The notes under the pieces were generated by a model. It was not told the DNA's origin and did not search any database. It saw only the letters and a program-made list of their open reading frames with translations. Positions 1 through 13,321 of a DNA stretch of 64,000 nucleotides are shown here, one piece after another. Every line of letters begins with the position of its first letter. Position 1 is the first letter of the stretch. This stretch comes from Octopus sinensis (taxonomy: Eukaryota): positions 5,642,001-5,706,000 of the forward strand of contig NC_043026.1 of assembly GCF_006345805.1 (NCBI RefSeq), written 5' to 3'. A program made the position numbers and the translations under genes.

Positions 1-850
1 TTAAACCTTGTAAATGGTTACTGTGCATAGTGTAGTATCCAGCCCTCGATGGAAAAAGGTAAGGTTTGCTGTACACATGGGACTCGAACCCACACCTCTG
101 TATATACAATGGGCTTCTTTCAGTCTCTGTATACCAATCCACTCACAAGGCTTTGGTCAGCCCAAGGCGAAAGTAGAAGGTGCCATGCAGTGGGACTGAA
201 CCTGGATTCATGTGGTTTGGAAGCAAACTTCTTACCACCCTTAAATTTCTTGTAGTTGTAGTTTAGATGCAAACGAGCCCTGATCAGCAAATATCTATGA
301 TGAATGGCTTTCCATCCATGGCTATCTCATCTTTTTATTTGGTGATATCGCCGAGGTCAACTTTGCCTTTCATCCTTTCGGGGTCGATAAATAAAGTACC
401 AGTTACACACTGGGGTCGATGTAATCGACTTAATACCTATGTCTGTCCTTGTTTGTCCCTTCTATGTTTAGCCCCTTGTGGGTAATAAAGAAATGGATAT
501 CTAGAACGACAGGTGTGAATTTTCTTAAAATGATCAGGTGATGATAATAACATAGCTCGGGAAAGACCCTTAATCCAAAGTCGGTATCTATTGTCAAAGG
601 TCTTTGATGTTAATGGTTGAGAGGGTTCAGCTGGAATTTGAGAGGTACAAAGTCTGATTCTCTACGGAGGTTGGCTGGTCCCTTTTTTCCATCTTCTAAA
701 GGGTGTTTATCCAATTTTCTAAGCTGTCTTCATGGCCATCCAGCGTTCAAGAGGATTCCTTTATTTTCTGTAGAATACCAGCCAACTCCATTCTTCTAAG
801 TTTCTTTACAAAATGTTCTTACATTCCAAAAGCTATTATTTAGCATCATA

Positions 851-1240
851 TTAGGTTGTCCAGAAAGTTCGTGCCGATTTTTAAAGGAAAGAAAAAGGTC
901 AATAAATACTTGCCATTACCTTTTTCATCAACCAAATATGAATCATTTTGTTGCACAATGCGTCTCCATCTTTCCTTTAACTTGAAAGCACCCTCTTCCC
1001 AGAATTGAGGTGGCTTCATGGCAAAGAATTCATCAAGGTATCTTTTTACATCATCTAAGGAATTGAAATTTTTACCATTGAGAGTATTCTGGAAATCCGA
1101 AGGAGCAATAACTGGTGAATATGGAGGTGGGGTAACACACCCCAATCGAACTGCAGCAATTTTTGTCTGGTTCCCAAAGCATCAAGTGCCGAAAATGAAC
1201 TTTCTTATCTTCCATTTTAAAGGGTTACAGAATTAACACA
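851..1240 (-). mobile_element. Internally deleted mariner remnant
   Basis: Minus strand: MEDKKVHFRHLMLWE (transposase N-terminus) joined to PPYSPVIAPSDF...NGKNFNSLDDVKRYLDEFFAMKPPQFWEEGAFKLKERWRRIVQQN (C-terminus). Terminal repeat TTAGGTTGTCCAGAAAGTTCGTGCCGATTT at 851 follows a TA. Confidence 0.9.
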
Positions 1241-1545
1241 GGTTATAGGAACATAAACGACCTCATGACGCTGGACCTTTCAGACAAGAAGACAAAGGAT
1301 CAAGATGCCTGGTACTTTGCTGTAGTCAGGAAGACATGTACTTCACAGCAGAAGTGTTAACGCTGCTCCCCCTGGGGAAGAGGATTGATCTGTAGGGGTC
1401 ACATGTCGGTGCCACGTGAAAAGCACTCCAACCAGTGTCACTTAAAAGTGCCCATGATTGTGCCACGTTAAAAGCATGCGGCACCGCGCTGTAAAATGGT
1501 TGGTGTTAGGAAGGGCATCCAGCTGTAGAAACCATGCCAAATCAG

Positions 1546-3490
1546 GCGAGCTGGCAGAATCATTAGCATGCCAGGCAAAATGCTTAGCAGCATTTCATCT
1601 GCCTTTATGTTCTGGGTTCAAATTCCGCCAAGGTCGACTTTGCCTTTTATCCTTTCGGGGTCGATTAAATAAGTACCAGTTACGCACTGGGGTCGATGTA
1701 ATCGACTTAATCCCTTTGTCTGTCCTTGTTTGTCCCCTCTGTGTTTAGCCCCTTGTGGGTAGTAAAGAAATAGGTATTTCGTCTGCTGTTACGTTCTGAG
1801 TTCAAATTCCACCGAGGTCGACTTTGCCTTTTATCCTTTCGGGGTCGATTAAATAAGTACCAGTTACGCACTGGGGTCAATGTAATCGACTTAATCCGTT
1901 TGTCTGCCCTTGTTTGTCCCCTCTATGTTTAGCTCCTTGTGGGCAATAAAGAAATAAGAAACGTTAGCATGCTGGGCGAAATGCTTAGCGGTATTTCATC
2001 TGCTGTTATGTTCTGAGTTCAAATTCCGCCATGGTCAACTTTGCCTTTCATCCTTTTGGGGTGGATTAAATAAGTACCAGTTACGCACTGGGGTCGATGT
2101 AATTGACTTAATCCATTTGTTTGTCCTTGTTGGTCTCCTCTGTGTTTAGCCCCTTGTGGGTAGTAAGAAATATTATTTCGTCTGCTGTTATGTTCTGAGT
2201 TCAAATTCCGCCGGGGTCGACTTTGCCTTTCATCCTTTTGGGGTGGATTAAATAAGTACCAGTTATGCACTGGAGTCGATGTAATCAACTTAATCCGTCT
2301 GTCTGTCCTTATTTGTCCTCTCTGTGTTTAGCCCCTTGTGGGTAGTAAGAAATAGGTATTTCGTCTGCTGTTACGTTCTGAGTTCAAATTCCACCGAGGT
2401 CGACTTTGCCTTTTATTCCTTTCGGGGTCGATAAATAAGTACCAGTTACGCACTGGGGTCAATGTAATCGACTTAATCCGTTTGTCTGCCCTTGTTTGTC
2501 CCCTCTATGTTTAGCTCCTTGTGGGCAATAAAGAAATAAGAAACGTTAGCATGCTGGGCGAAATGCTTAGCGGTATTTCATCTGCTGTTATGTTCTGAGT
2601 TCAAATTCCGCCATGGTCAACTTTGCCTTTCATCCTTTTGGGGTGGATTAAATAAGTACCAGTTACGCACTGGGGTCGATGTAATTGACTTAATCCATTT
2701 GTTTGTCCTTGTTGGTCTCCTCTGTGTTTAGCCCCTTGTGGGTAGTAAAGAAATATTATTTCGTCTGCTGTTATGTTCTGAGTTCAAATTCCGCCGGGGT
2801 CGACTTTGCCTTTCATCCTTTTGGGGTGGATTAAATAAGTACCAGTTATGCACTGGAGTCGATGTAATCAACTTAATCCGTCTGTCTGTCCTTATTTGTC
2901 CTCTCTGTGTTTAGCCCCTTGTGGGTAGTAAAGAAATAGATATTTCGTCTGCTGTTACGTTCTGAGTTCAAATTCCACCGAGGTCGACTTTGCTTTTCCT
3001 TCTTTCGGGGTCAATTAAATAAGTACCAGTTATGCACTGGGGTCGATGTAATCGACTTAATCTCTATGTCTGTTCTTGTTTGTCCCCTCTATGTTTAGCT
3101 CCTTGTGGGCAATAAAGAAATAAGAAACGTTAGCATGCTGGGCGAAATGCTTAGCGGTATTTCGTCTGTTGTTACATTCTGAGTTCAAATTCCGCCGGGG
3201 TTGACTTTGCCTTTCATCCTTTTGGGGTGGATTAAATAAGTACCAGTTATGCACTGGGGTCGATGTAATCAACTTAATCCGTCTGTCTGTCCTCTCTGTG
3301 TTTAGCCCCTTGTGGGTAGTAAAGAAATAGATATTTCCTCTGCTGTTGTGTTCTGAGTTCAAATTCCACTGAGGTCGACTTTGCTTTTCACTCTTTCGTG
3401 GTCAATTAAATAAGTACCAGTTATGCACTGGGGTTGATGTAATCGACTTAATCTCTATGTCTGTCCTTGTTTGTCCCCTCTGTGTTTAGC
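1546..3490 (+). mobile_element. Tandem array of tRNA-derived SINE family A (head GGCGAGCTGGCAGAATC..GAGTTCAAATTCC), about 10 monomers
   Basis: A-box/B-box-like head followed by a repeated body, gtcgactttgcctttcatcctttcggggtcg...tagtaaagaaatag. Other copies at about 5948-6300, 6888-7420, 28850-29390, 32445-33200, 40671-41090, 43118-43520, and on the minus strand at 48720-48958 and 56335-56571. Confidence 0.85.
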
Positions 3491-3827
3491 CCACTGTGGA
3501 CAATACAGAAATAAGAAACCATGCCAAATCAGACTAGAACTTGGTGCAACTCTCTTGCTTGCCAGCTCCGGTCAGATCGTCCAACCCATGCCAGCATGGA
3601 CAATGGACAATGACGATGATGATGATGATGATGACGATAATGATACATACATACACCCATACACATGTACTATTTTATTGAAGTTGAAAAATATCTTCAC
3701 AAACTGTGACTCAGGTTTACCTGACTATTCATCAGGTCGTTATGAGGACCATCTAATTAGCTAGTTTTACAGACAGACACACACACACACACACATATAT
3801 ATATCGGACGTTAAACAATGATGATGA

Positions 3828-3870
<43 letters not shown>

Positions 3871-3949
3871 TGCATATAGATAACCAGTTAATTAGATGGC
3901 TTTATAGATAGACACACACAAATTGTTAGAAAGATACTTCACCGAAGAT

Positions 3950-4472
<523 letters not shown>

Positions 4473-4631
4473 TCTCTATCTATCTATCTTCCTCGTCATC
4501 CAACTCTATCTCGCTTGTTTGCGAGTTAGCCTAGACTATCTACCTGAATGTCTTTGACACGGATCAAGCGAAGAGATAACGCGGAGGAAATAATTGCTGG
4601 CGTCATATTGTCATTGAGCACCGTTAGTAAT

Positions 4632-4689
4632 ATGGCGGCCTTTGCGGTACGCCACCCAAGTCGAGCTTTGAAAAACGGCAGGCTACGAG
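4632..4689 (+). CDS. RICTOR: RICTOR coding exon 1 (MAAFAVRHPSRALKNGRLR-G)
   Basis: ATG 4632, donor GAG|GTAATA, 58 nt, phase 1. Resembles the RICTOR N-terminus (MAAIGRGRSLKNLRVRG) and splices in frame to exon 2. Confidence 0.9.
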
Positions 4690-7616
4690 GTAATACCATC
4701 TCTTCACACCATTTTCCTAATACTGTAGTTTCATTTACACATGCTTACGTCTATTTACGTTGTTCTTGTGTGTCTTCCACGCCCCTACGCTGCTTTAAAT
4801 CCATGCTTAATTAGATAGATGCTATTAAAATCCTATCTTGAAAATATGGTCCGTGTTTGTGAGACGTCGTAATATTGCGTGTGAGTGTATATATACACAC
4901 ATATACACCTATATATGTGTGTATATATGTATGTTAGTCCTTGTTTCTTATTCTGCTGTTTGTTTACTTACGACCCGTGTACTCTATCTTACACGCAAGC
5001 GCTATATTTATAATAATAATAAAGCAGGTTCTTTTTTTTTTATCTTGAGTTCAAAATATTATTAGGGTCGATTGTACTTCTCAGGCCTTCCGGGGGTCGA
5101 ATTGATAAAGTACTGGTGGGTGGGGGTTGAGGGAGTCGATTTAATCGACTGTGCCTCGATAATCCGTGGTGCTGTGTCAGTGTAAGAAATCCTTATTAAT
5201 TAGTTATTTTATTTAATTAATCGATTTGAGCGAGCACGCCCGTTTTACGTTCCGTGTTCAAATCGTCTGAAGGAGACGACTTTGTTTTACATCCTTCTGG
5301 GGTCGATAAATTAAGTCCTAGTTGATAACTGAGGTGACATGATGGTAGTGGTGGTGATGGTGGTGGTGTCTTAATCGACTGCGTCCCATCCCCGCCTATC
5401 GAAATCCGTTACCTTGTGACTTTTACTTTTCGGAATCATAATAAAACTCTCTAACATTGGCACAAGGCCAATAATAATTATTGTTGTGTCGGATAAAGTG
5501 CCTTGCAGTATTTGTTACTGCTCTTTACATTCTGAGTTCAAATCCCGCCGATGTCTGCTAGACCTTTCATCGTTTTGGGGTCAATGAAATAAAGTACCAG
5601 TTGAATACTAGGGCCGATGTAACCTACTGACCTTCCTCCCATTATGGCTGGCTTTGTGTCTAAATTAGCAACAACAACAATAATATTAGTTTCAAATTTT
5701 AACACAAGGCCAGCAATTTCGGGGGACTCGCGTGCATCAACCCATTATTCAACTGGTACTTATTTTCTCATCCCTGAAAGAATGAAAGGCAAAGTCGACT
5801 ATAGGCACAAGGCCCGAAATTTTTTAAGGGGGGAGGTGATTAGTCGATTACATCGACCCCAGTGTTTCGCTGGTGGTTAAGGACGGACAAACGGATTAGG
5901 TCGATTATATCGACCCCAATGCATAACTGGTACTTATTTAATCAATGCAGCGAGCTGGCAGAAACGTTAGCACGCCGGGCGAAATGCGTGGCCATATTTC
6001 GTCTGCCGCTACGTTCTGAGTTCAAATTCTGCCGAGGTCGACTTTGCTTTTCATCCTTTCGGGGTCGATTAAATAAGTACCAGTTACGCACTGGGGTCGA
6101 TGTAATCGACTTAATCCCTTTGTCTGTCCTTGTTTGTCCCCTCTGTGTTTAGCCCCTTGTGGGTAGTAAAGAAATAGGTACTTATTTAATCGACCCCAAA
6201 AGGATGAAAGGCAAAGTTGACCCTAGCAGAATTTGAACTCAGAACGTAGCGGCAGACGAAATGCCGCTAAGCATTTTGCCCAGAGTGCTAATGAATCTTC
6301 TAACTTGACACCTTAATAATAATAATAATAATAATTATAATAGTAATAATAATAATAATAATCTTTTCTACAATTGGCAGAAGGCTTGAGATTTTGGGGG
6401 AGGGGACTTGTTGATTACACCAACCCCAGTGCATAACTGGTACTTGTTTCATTGACCCTGAAATGAGGAAAGGCAAAATACCACATACTTTGTATATTCT
6501 TTTATTCTTTTACGTGTTTCAGTCATTTGACTGTGGCCATGCTGGAGCACCGCCTTTAGTCAAACAAATCGACCCCAGGACTTATTCTTTGGAAGCCTAG
6601 TACTTATTCTATCGGTTTTTTTTTTACCAAACTGCTAGGTTATGGGGACGTGAACACACCAACATCGGTTGTGAAGCGATGTTGGGGAAACAGGGACAGA
6701 CAAACATACACACACATACATATATATGACGGGCATTGTAGGTAGGTATGAGAGACTAGATCTGGCTATTTTGAACATAAAACATGTAGAATATTCGGGC
6801 TGGTTTAAATGCTAAAAGTTTAAGGCTGTGGGCTGGCAGAAATGTTGTGGTACTGGACAAGATACTTAGTGGTATTTCCTCCAATAAGGCGGCAAGCTGG
6901 CAGAATCGTTAGCACGCTGGGTGAAATGCTTAGTGGTATTTCGTCTGCCACTACGTTCTGAGTTCAAATTCTGCCGAGGTCGACTTTGCCTTTCATCCTT
7001 TCGGGGTCAATAAATTAAGTATCAGTTATGCACTAGGGTCGATGTAATCGACTTAATACCTATGTCTGTCCTTGTTTGTCCCCTCTGTGTTTAGTCCCTT
7101 GTGGGTAGTAAAGAAATAGATATTTCGTCTGCCGCTACGTTCTGAGTTCAAATTCCGCCGAGGTCGACTTTGCCTTTCATCTTTTCGGGGTCGATTAAAT
7201 AAGTATCAGATACGCACTGGGGTTGATGTAATCGACTCAATCCGTCTTTCTGTCTTTGTTTGGCCCCTCTGTGTGTAGCCCCTTGTGGGTAGTAAAGAAA
7301 TAGGTATTTCGTCTGCCGTTACGTTCTGAGTTCAAATTCTGCCGAGGTCAACTTTGCCTTTCATCCTTTCGGGGTCGATAAATTAAGTACCAGTTACACA
7401 CTGGGATCGATGTAATCGACTTTACATACCAGTCTCGACCACTGGGGTCTATGTAATCAGCTTAGCCTTTCCCCCAAAATTGCTGGCTTGGTGTCAAAAT
7501 TATACACATATATATATATATATATATGATGGGACTGAACCTGCAACCGTGTGGTTGGAAATCAAGCTACTTACACACCCATTCTTACGTATATATATAT
7601 ATGTGTGTGTATATAT

Positions 7617-7679
<63 letters not shown>

Positions 7680-7716
7680 GTATTTATATATAGATATATA
7701 GATATTTATATATGTG

Positions 7717-7762
<46 letters not shown>

Positions 7763-7814
7763 GTATTTATATATAGATATATAGATATTTATATATGTGT
7801 ATTTATTATATATC

Positions 7815-7845
<31 letters not shown>

Positions 7846-8358
7846 CTAGCAGTATCACCCGGTGTTGCTCGGTTTGTAAGGGAAATAACTATATAAGCAT
7901 TTTTAGAGAGTTACTTCCCTTATAGATGCCAATTCGGGCTTTCTAGCCATTTCTGTTTTGGTGTCTTCAAGCCATTAGTCGTTGTTCTAAAAGAACGCTG
8001 GTCTCCTTGACAACGCTTTACGATGTTGATTTCCTTACACTCCCTTCCCCACAGCTTCACGAGGGAGGGAAGAAGGGGGAGAAGCAAACAGGTGCAGCTG
8101 TGACCATGGACGCCAACTCCCCGCCCCATCGACACACACGAAAAATTATGCATTAAAATGGAATAAAAAATGATGTTAAATTATTTTTTAAATCATAGAC
8201 TCATCGTAGACGCGCGCTAATAGCCAGACGGGCTCGATATGAATCACGACTATAAGATACCCGAATTTGGTTAAACTGCACCGCAAAATGTGGGAGGAGT
8301 TAGGAATCTAAATCGAAGGGGACAGACACTCACACAACTACAGTTTTATATATATAGA
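7846..8358 (-). mobile_element. Non-autonomous Helitron-like element
   Basis: Minus strand begins TCTATATATATAAAACTG and ends with the hairpin ccgagcaacaccggg followed by CTAG. Same family as 34165-34563. Confidence 0.7.
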
Positions 8359-8629
8359 TAGATATATATTTGTGTGTCTATATATGTATGAATATCTGTT
8401 TGTACCTCCTTTTCTCTTGATATGTCATAGATGTAAATGTGGGCCAACATTATGCAAAATGCCCATTGGCATTTCGTCTGTTTTAAGTTCAAATTCCACT
8501 GACGTCGACTTTGCCTTTCGTTCTTTTGGGGTCAGTAAAATAAGTACCAGTTATGTACTGGGGTTGATGGTAATCGACTTATCCCATTCCTTGAAATTGC
8601 TGGCCTTGCGACAAAATTTGAAATTCTTG

Positions 8630-10007
8630 CCAGCCTCGCCTGGCCTCCGTGCCGATGGCATGTAAAAAGCACCATCCGAGTGCGGCCGTTCGCCAGCCTC
8701 GTCTGGCACCTGTGTCGATGGCTCGTAAAAAGCACCATCCGAGTGTGGCTGTTCACCAGCCTCGTCTGGCACGTAAAAAGCACCATCCGAGTGTGGCCAT
8801 TCACCAGCCTCGTCTGGCACCTGTGCCGGTGGCACGTAAAAAGCACCATCCGAGTGCGGCCGTTCACCAGCCTCGTCTGGCACCTGTGCCGGTGGCACGT
8901 AAAAAGCACCATCCGAGTGTGGCCGTTCGCCAGCCTCGTCTGGCACCTGTGTCGATGGCACGTAAAAAGCACCCACTACACTCACGGAGTGGTTGGTCTT
9001 AGGAAGGGCATCCAGCTGTAGAAACACTGCCAGATCAAACTGGGCCTGGTGCAGCCTTCTGGCTTCCCAGACCCCAGTTGAACCGTCCAACCCATGCTAG
9101 CATGGAAAGCGGACGTTAAACGACAACGATGATGATGATGATGATCTCTACTTTTGTTGAAACCCACTGCATTTGTTTCAACTGATTTTAAAGCTCATAG
9201 AGAATCTAGTAAGCTGACTGTTATTGTCAAACTGAACGTGGCCATTGCCAGCGCCGCCCCGACTGGCCTCCATGCCGGTGGCACGTAAAAAGCACCATCC
9301 GAGTGTGGCTGTTCACCAGCCTCGTCTGGCACGTAAAAAGCACCATCCGAGTGTGGCCGTTCGCCAGCCTCGTCTGGCACCTGTGTCGATGGCACGTAAA
9401 AAGCACCCACTACACTCACGGAGTGGTTGGCGTTAGGAAGGGCATCCAGCTGTAGAAACACTGCCAGATCTGACTGGAGTCTGGTGCAGCCTTCTGGCTT
9501 CCCAGACCCCAGTTGAACCGTCCAACCAATGCTAGCATGGAAAGCGGACGTTAACGACGACGACGATGATGATGATGATGATCCCTACTTTTGTTGAAAC
9601 CCACTGCATTTGTTTCAACTGATTTTAAAGCTCATAGAGAATCTAGTAAGCTGACTGTTATTGTCAAACTGAACGTGGCCATTGCCAGCGCCGCCCCGAC
9701 TGGCCTCCGTGCCGGTGGCACGTAAAAAGCACCATCCGAGTGTGGCCGTTCACCAGCCTCGTCTGGCACCTGTGCCGGTGGCACGTAAAAAGCACCATCC
9801 AAGTGTGGCTGTTCACCAGCCTTGCCTGGCACCTGTGCCGGTGGCACGTAAAAAGCACCCACTACACTCATGGAGTTGTTGGCGTTAGGAAGGGCATCCA
9901 GCTGTAGAAACACTGCCAGATCTGATTGGGCCTGGTGCAACCTTCGGGCTTCCCAGACCCCAGTTGAACCGTCCAACCCATGCTAGCATGGAAAGCGGAT
10001 GTTAAAC

Positions 10008-10040
<33 letters not shown>
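8630..10040 (+). mobile_element. Three RTE-type LINE 3' ends (gcacgtaaaaagcacc units + ...gttaaacg(ATG)n tail)
   Basis: The same tail recurs at 11270-12310, 23755-24050(-), 26150-26525, 26765-27366(-), 37905-39105, 44100-44310, 45170-45455, 49100-49640 and 57995-58380(-). It is linked to RT and ORF-end sequence in two copies. Confidence 0.8.
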
Positions 10041-10041
<1 letters not shown>

Positions 10042-10065
10042 CTGATTATTATTTCTATCTTGCAG

Positions 10066-10113
10066 GTCGCCATGAAAGCGGCGAAGAAAATATTCGACTA
10101 GACTTATCCCGAG
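10066..10113 (+). CDS. RICTOR: RICTOR exon 2 (GRHESGEENIRLDLSR)
   Basis: ttgcag| ... GAG|gtcagt, 48 nt, phase 1/1. Matches human GRNDSGEENVPLDLTRE. Confidence 0.95.
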
Positions 10114-12002
10114 GTCAGTATATTTCCATTACTCTCTGTCCACCCTTGCCCATCACTATATTTTTGGCCCCTTGGACTTTACTCATTCAAAACATCACCC
10201 CCCCCCCCCCCAACACACCTGAGCCAACCAAGGAGACCTCTACATGGTTGCTCAACCTGCTAGAAACAGCAGCCAATTCTCCCTCAGGTCACACCCTGAT
10301 GTATGTTTATTGGTGAGTATGAACTAACAACGGCTGCCCCTGAATGGTTGCTGGAGCTGTTGAAAGAAATAGCAGCCAAATCTCCATCAAATTGCACCCT
10401 GCTGCCTTATATTGTTGCATTCAGAGCCTACTTCTCACTACACCGACCCTTTCTGCTCTTCTCTCCTATTCTCTCTCATATTTACCTTGTACCTGGACCT
10501 CACACCACCTTCTGTCTCTCTGTCTGTCTGCCTGTCTCTCTCTCTTTCTGAGTTGCCAAGCCATGTAGTGACCCCTTCAGCAAGACACCTGCTCCTCTCA
10601 CTCTATCATAATTTCTTATTCTTTTACTTTCTTTCTTTTACTTGTTTCAGTCATTTTGACTGCGGCCATGCTGGAGCACTGCCTTTAGTCGAGCAACTCG
10701 AACCCGGGACTTATTCTTTGTAAGCCCAGTACTTAATCTATCGGTCTCTTTTGCCGAACCGCTAAGTTACAGGGACGTAAACACACCAGCATCAGTTGTC
10801 AAGCAATGCTAGGGGGACAAACACACACATACATACATACATATATATATATATATACATATATACGACAGGCTTCTTTCAGTTTCCGTCTACCAAATCC
10901 ACTCACAAGGCATTGGTCGGCCCGGGGCTATAGTAGAAGACACTTGCCCAAGATGCCACGCAGTGGGACTGAACCCGGGACCATGTGGTTGGTTAGCAAG
11001 CTACTTACCACACAGCCACTCCTACGCCTATCTCTCCATTCTATGCCTCGCTTACTTGAGGTGGGTGGGGTCTTCATCTTGTGGGTACTTGGTGACCTCA
11101 CCAGTGCTGGTGCCAGGCAAAAAGCACCCAGTAAAGGGAATCCAGCCATAAAGACCCTGCCAAAGCAGACACAGAATCTGGTGGAACTCTGTAGGTTGTC
11201 TGTTTTTGTCAAACTGTCCAACCCATGCCAGCATGGCAAAGAGGATTTTAAATGATGATGATGATCCTGCCGGTGGCACGTAAAAAGCACCAATCGAGCG
11301 TGATCGTTACCAGCGCCGCCTTACTGGCACATGAAAAAACATTCGAGTGAGGTTGTTGCCAGTGCCGCTGGACTGGCTCCTGTACAGGTGGCGCGTAAAA
11401 AACACCATCTGAGCGTGGCCGTTGCCAGTACCACCTGACTGGCCCTCATGCCAGTGGCATGTAAAAGCACCCACTATACTCTCGGAGTGGTTGGCGTTAG
11501 GAAGGGCATCCAGCTGTAGAAACTCTGCCAGATCAAGACTGGAGCCTGGTGCAGTCATCTGGTTCACCAGACCTCAGTCAATTCGTCCAACCCATGCTAG
11601 CATGTAAAGCGGATGTTAAACGATGATGATGATGATGATATATATATATATATATAATATATATATATATAGACACACACACACACACATACATTTATAT
11701 GAAAAGCACCAACCAGTCATAGCTGATGCCAATACCTCATGACTAGCTCTTGTGCTGGTGGCATGTAAAAAGCACCATCTGAACATGATCGAAGGCAGAC
11801 CTGCTTGACTGGCATTTGTGCCAGTGGTATGTAAAACGCACCCACGACACTCTCGGAGTGGTTGGCGTTAAGAAGGGCATCCAGCTGTAGAAACTGTCAT
11901 ATCAGATTGGAGCTTGGTGCAGCCATCTGGTTTGCCAGACCCCAGTTAAACCGTCCAACCCAAGCTAGCATGGAAAGCAGACGTTAAACGATGATGATGA
12001 TG

Positions 12003-12041
<39 letters not shown>

Positions 12042-12491
12042 TACATTTATATAAAAAGCACCATCCGAACGTGATCAAAGCCAGATCTGCTTGATTGGCA
12101 CCTGTGAAGGTGGCGCATAAAAAGCACCCACTACACTCTCGGAGTGGTTGGCATTAGGAAGGGCATCCAGCTGTAGAAACTCTGCCAGATCAGATTGGAG
12201 CCTGGTGCAGCCATCTGGTTTGCCAGACCTCAGTCAAATTGTCTAACCCATGCCAGCATGGAAAGCGGACCTTAAACAATGATGATGATGATGATGATGA
12301 TGATGATATATATCATCTTCATCATTTAACGTCTGTTTTCCATGCTGGCATGGGTTAGGTGGTTTGACTGTAACTGGTAAACCAGAGGGCTGCACCAATG
12401 CAGTGCACCCCCCTCTCTCTCTCTCTCTCTCCTTAAACCTCAGTACTCAATCCCCACTAAACCTTACCCCTTCTCACCTTCTCTTTAACAG

Positions 12492-12651
12492 CCCCATCTG
12501 AGAATGTTAAGGAGGTTCTCAGCAATGTTGTCTGTCAGAACGGGATATCCAAGAATAAAAAACTTGGCTACCTCAACTTCTTTGTCAAGTTACTCAACAA
12601 ACTTGGCCCATCGAAGAACCTTGGCTACACCATGGAAGAGATCCTTTGCTG
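12492..12651 (+). CDS. RICTOR: RICTOR exon 3 (APSENVKEVLSNVVCQNGISKNKKLGYLNFFVKLLNKLGPSKNLGYTMEEILC)
   Basis: taacag| ... TG|gtaagt, 160 nt, phase 1/2. Matches EPSDNLREILQNV...KLGHLNNFTKLL...EDIIIC. Confidence 0.95.
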
Positions 12652-12764
12652 GTAAGTTCACATTTTCATTGGCATTTGTTGTTGTTGTTGCTGTTGTTAG
12701 GTCTCTTGATTCCTCGGGGAACATGGGGCCGCTTTATGGTTTCTGTAACAGGTATACTCTTTTA

Positions 12765-13141
12765 CTCTTTTACTTGTTTCAGTCGTTTGACTGCGGCCAT
12801 GCTGGAGCACCACCTTTAATCGAGCAACTCGACCCCAGTACTTATTCTATCGGTCTCTTTTGCCGAACCGCTAAGTAACGGGGACATAAACACACCAGCA
12901 TCGGTTGTCAAGCAATGCTAGGGGGGCAAACACAGACACTCAAACACACACACGCATATATATACATATACACATATACGACAGGCTTCTTTCAGTTTCC
13001 GTCTACCAAATCCACTCACAAGGCTTTGGTCGGCCCGAGGCTATAACAGAAGACACTTGCCCAAGGTGCCACGCAGTGGGACTGAACCTGGAACCATGTG
13101 GTTGGTAAACAAGCTACTTACCACACAGCCACTCCTGCGCC
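12765..13141 (-). mobile_element. tRNA-derived SINE family B, full copy
   Basis: Reverse complement of ggcgcaggagtggctgtgtggtaagtagc...gggttcagtcccactgcgtggcacc...gactgaaacaagtaaaagag. Many further copies, e.g. 10625-11030(-), 32001-32390(+), 51875-52200(+), 60300-61285(-), 62385-62965(-), 63432-63905(+). Confidence 0.85.
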
Positions 13142-13321
13142 TATGTTTTTTTTTTTTACTAGACCGAGTTGTTAGCCCAAAGCTAAACCCCCATCCGAGA
13201 GGGCCAGTTAAGTATTCTTCATCTGGTCTCTACCCTTCGACCCATCTGGCATGGATGGCCCTACCAGGACACAAATCTCCTGCCAGCATAGCTCTCATGG
13301 TCATGGAGACACACAGTCCCT

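Noticed and set aside
500-830. Unique-looking sequence that might be an exon of an upstream gene
   Set aside because: Stops in all minus frames over the span, only a 60-aa plus ORF with no recognisable homology, and no convincing splice pair.
1546-1640. tRNA-like A/B boxes in SINE heads (also 17153, 17838, 58699)
   Set aside because: They run on into SINE bodies present in many copies and lack a complete cloverleaf, so they are not tRNA genes.
3710-3745. Possible minus-strand micro-exon ag|ATGGTCCTCATAACGACCTGATGAATAGTCAG|gtaaac
   Set aside because: The acceptor lacks a pyrimidine tract and there is no partner exon or homology; cannot be supported.
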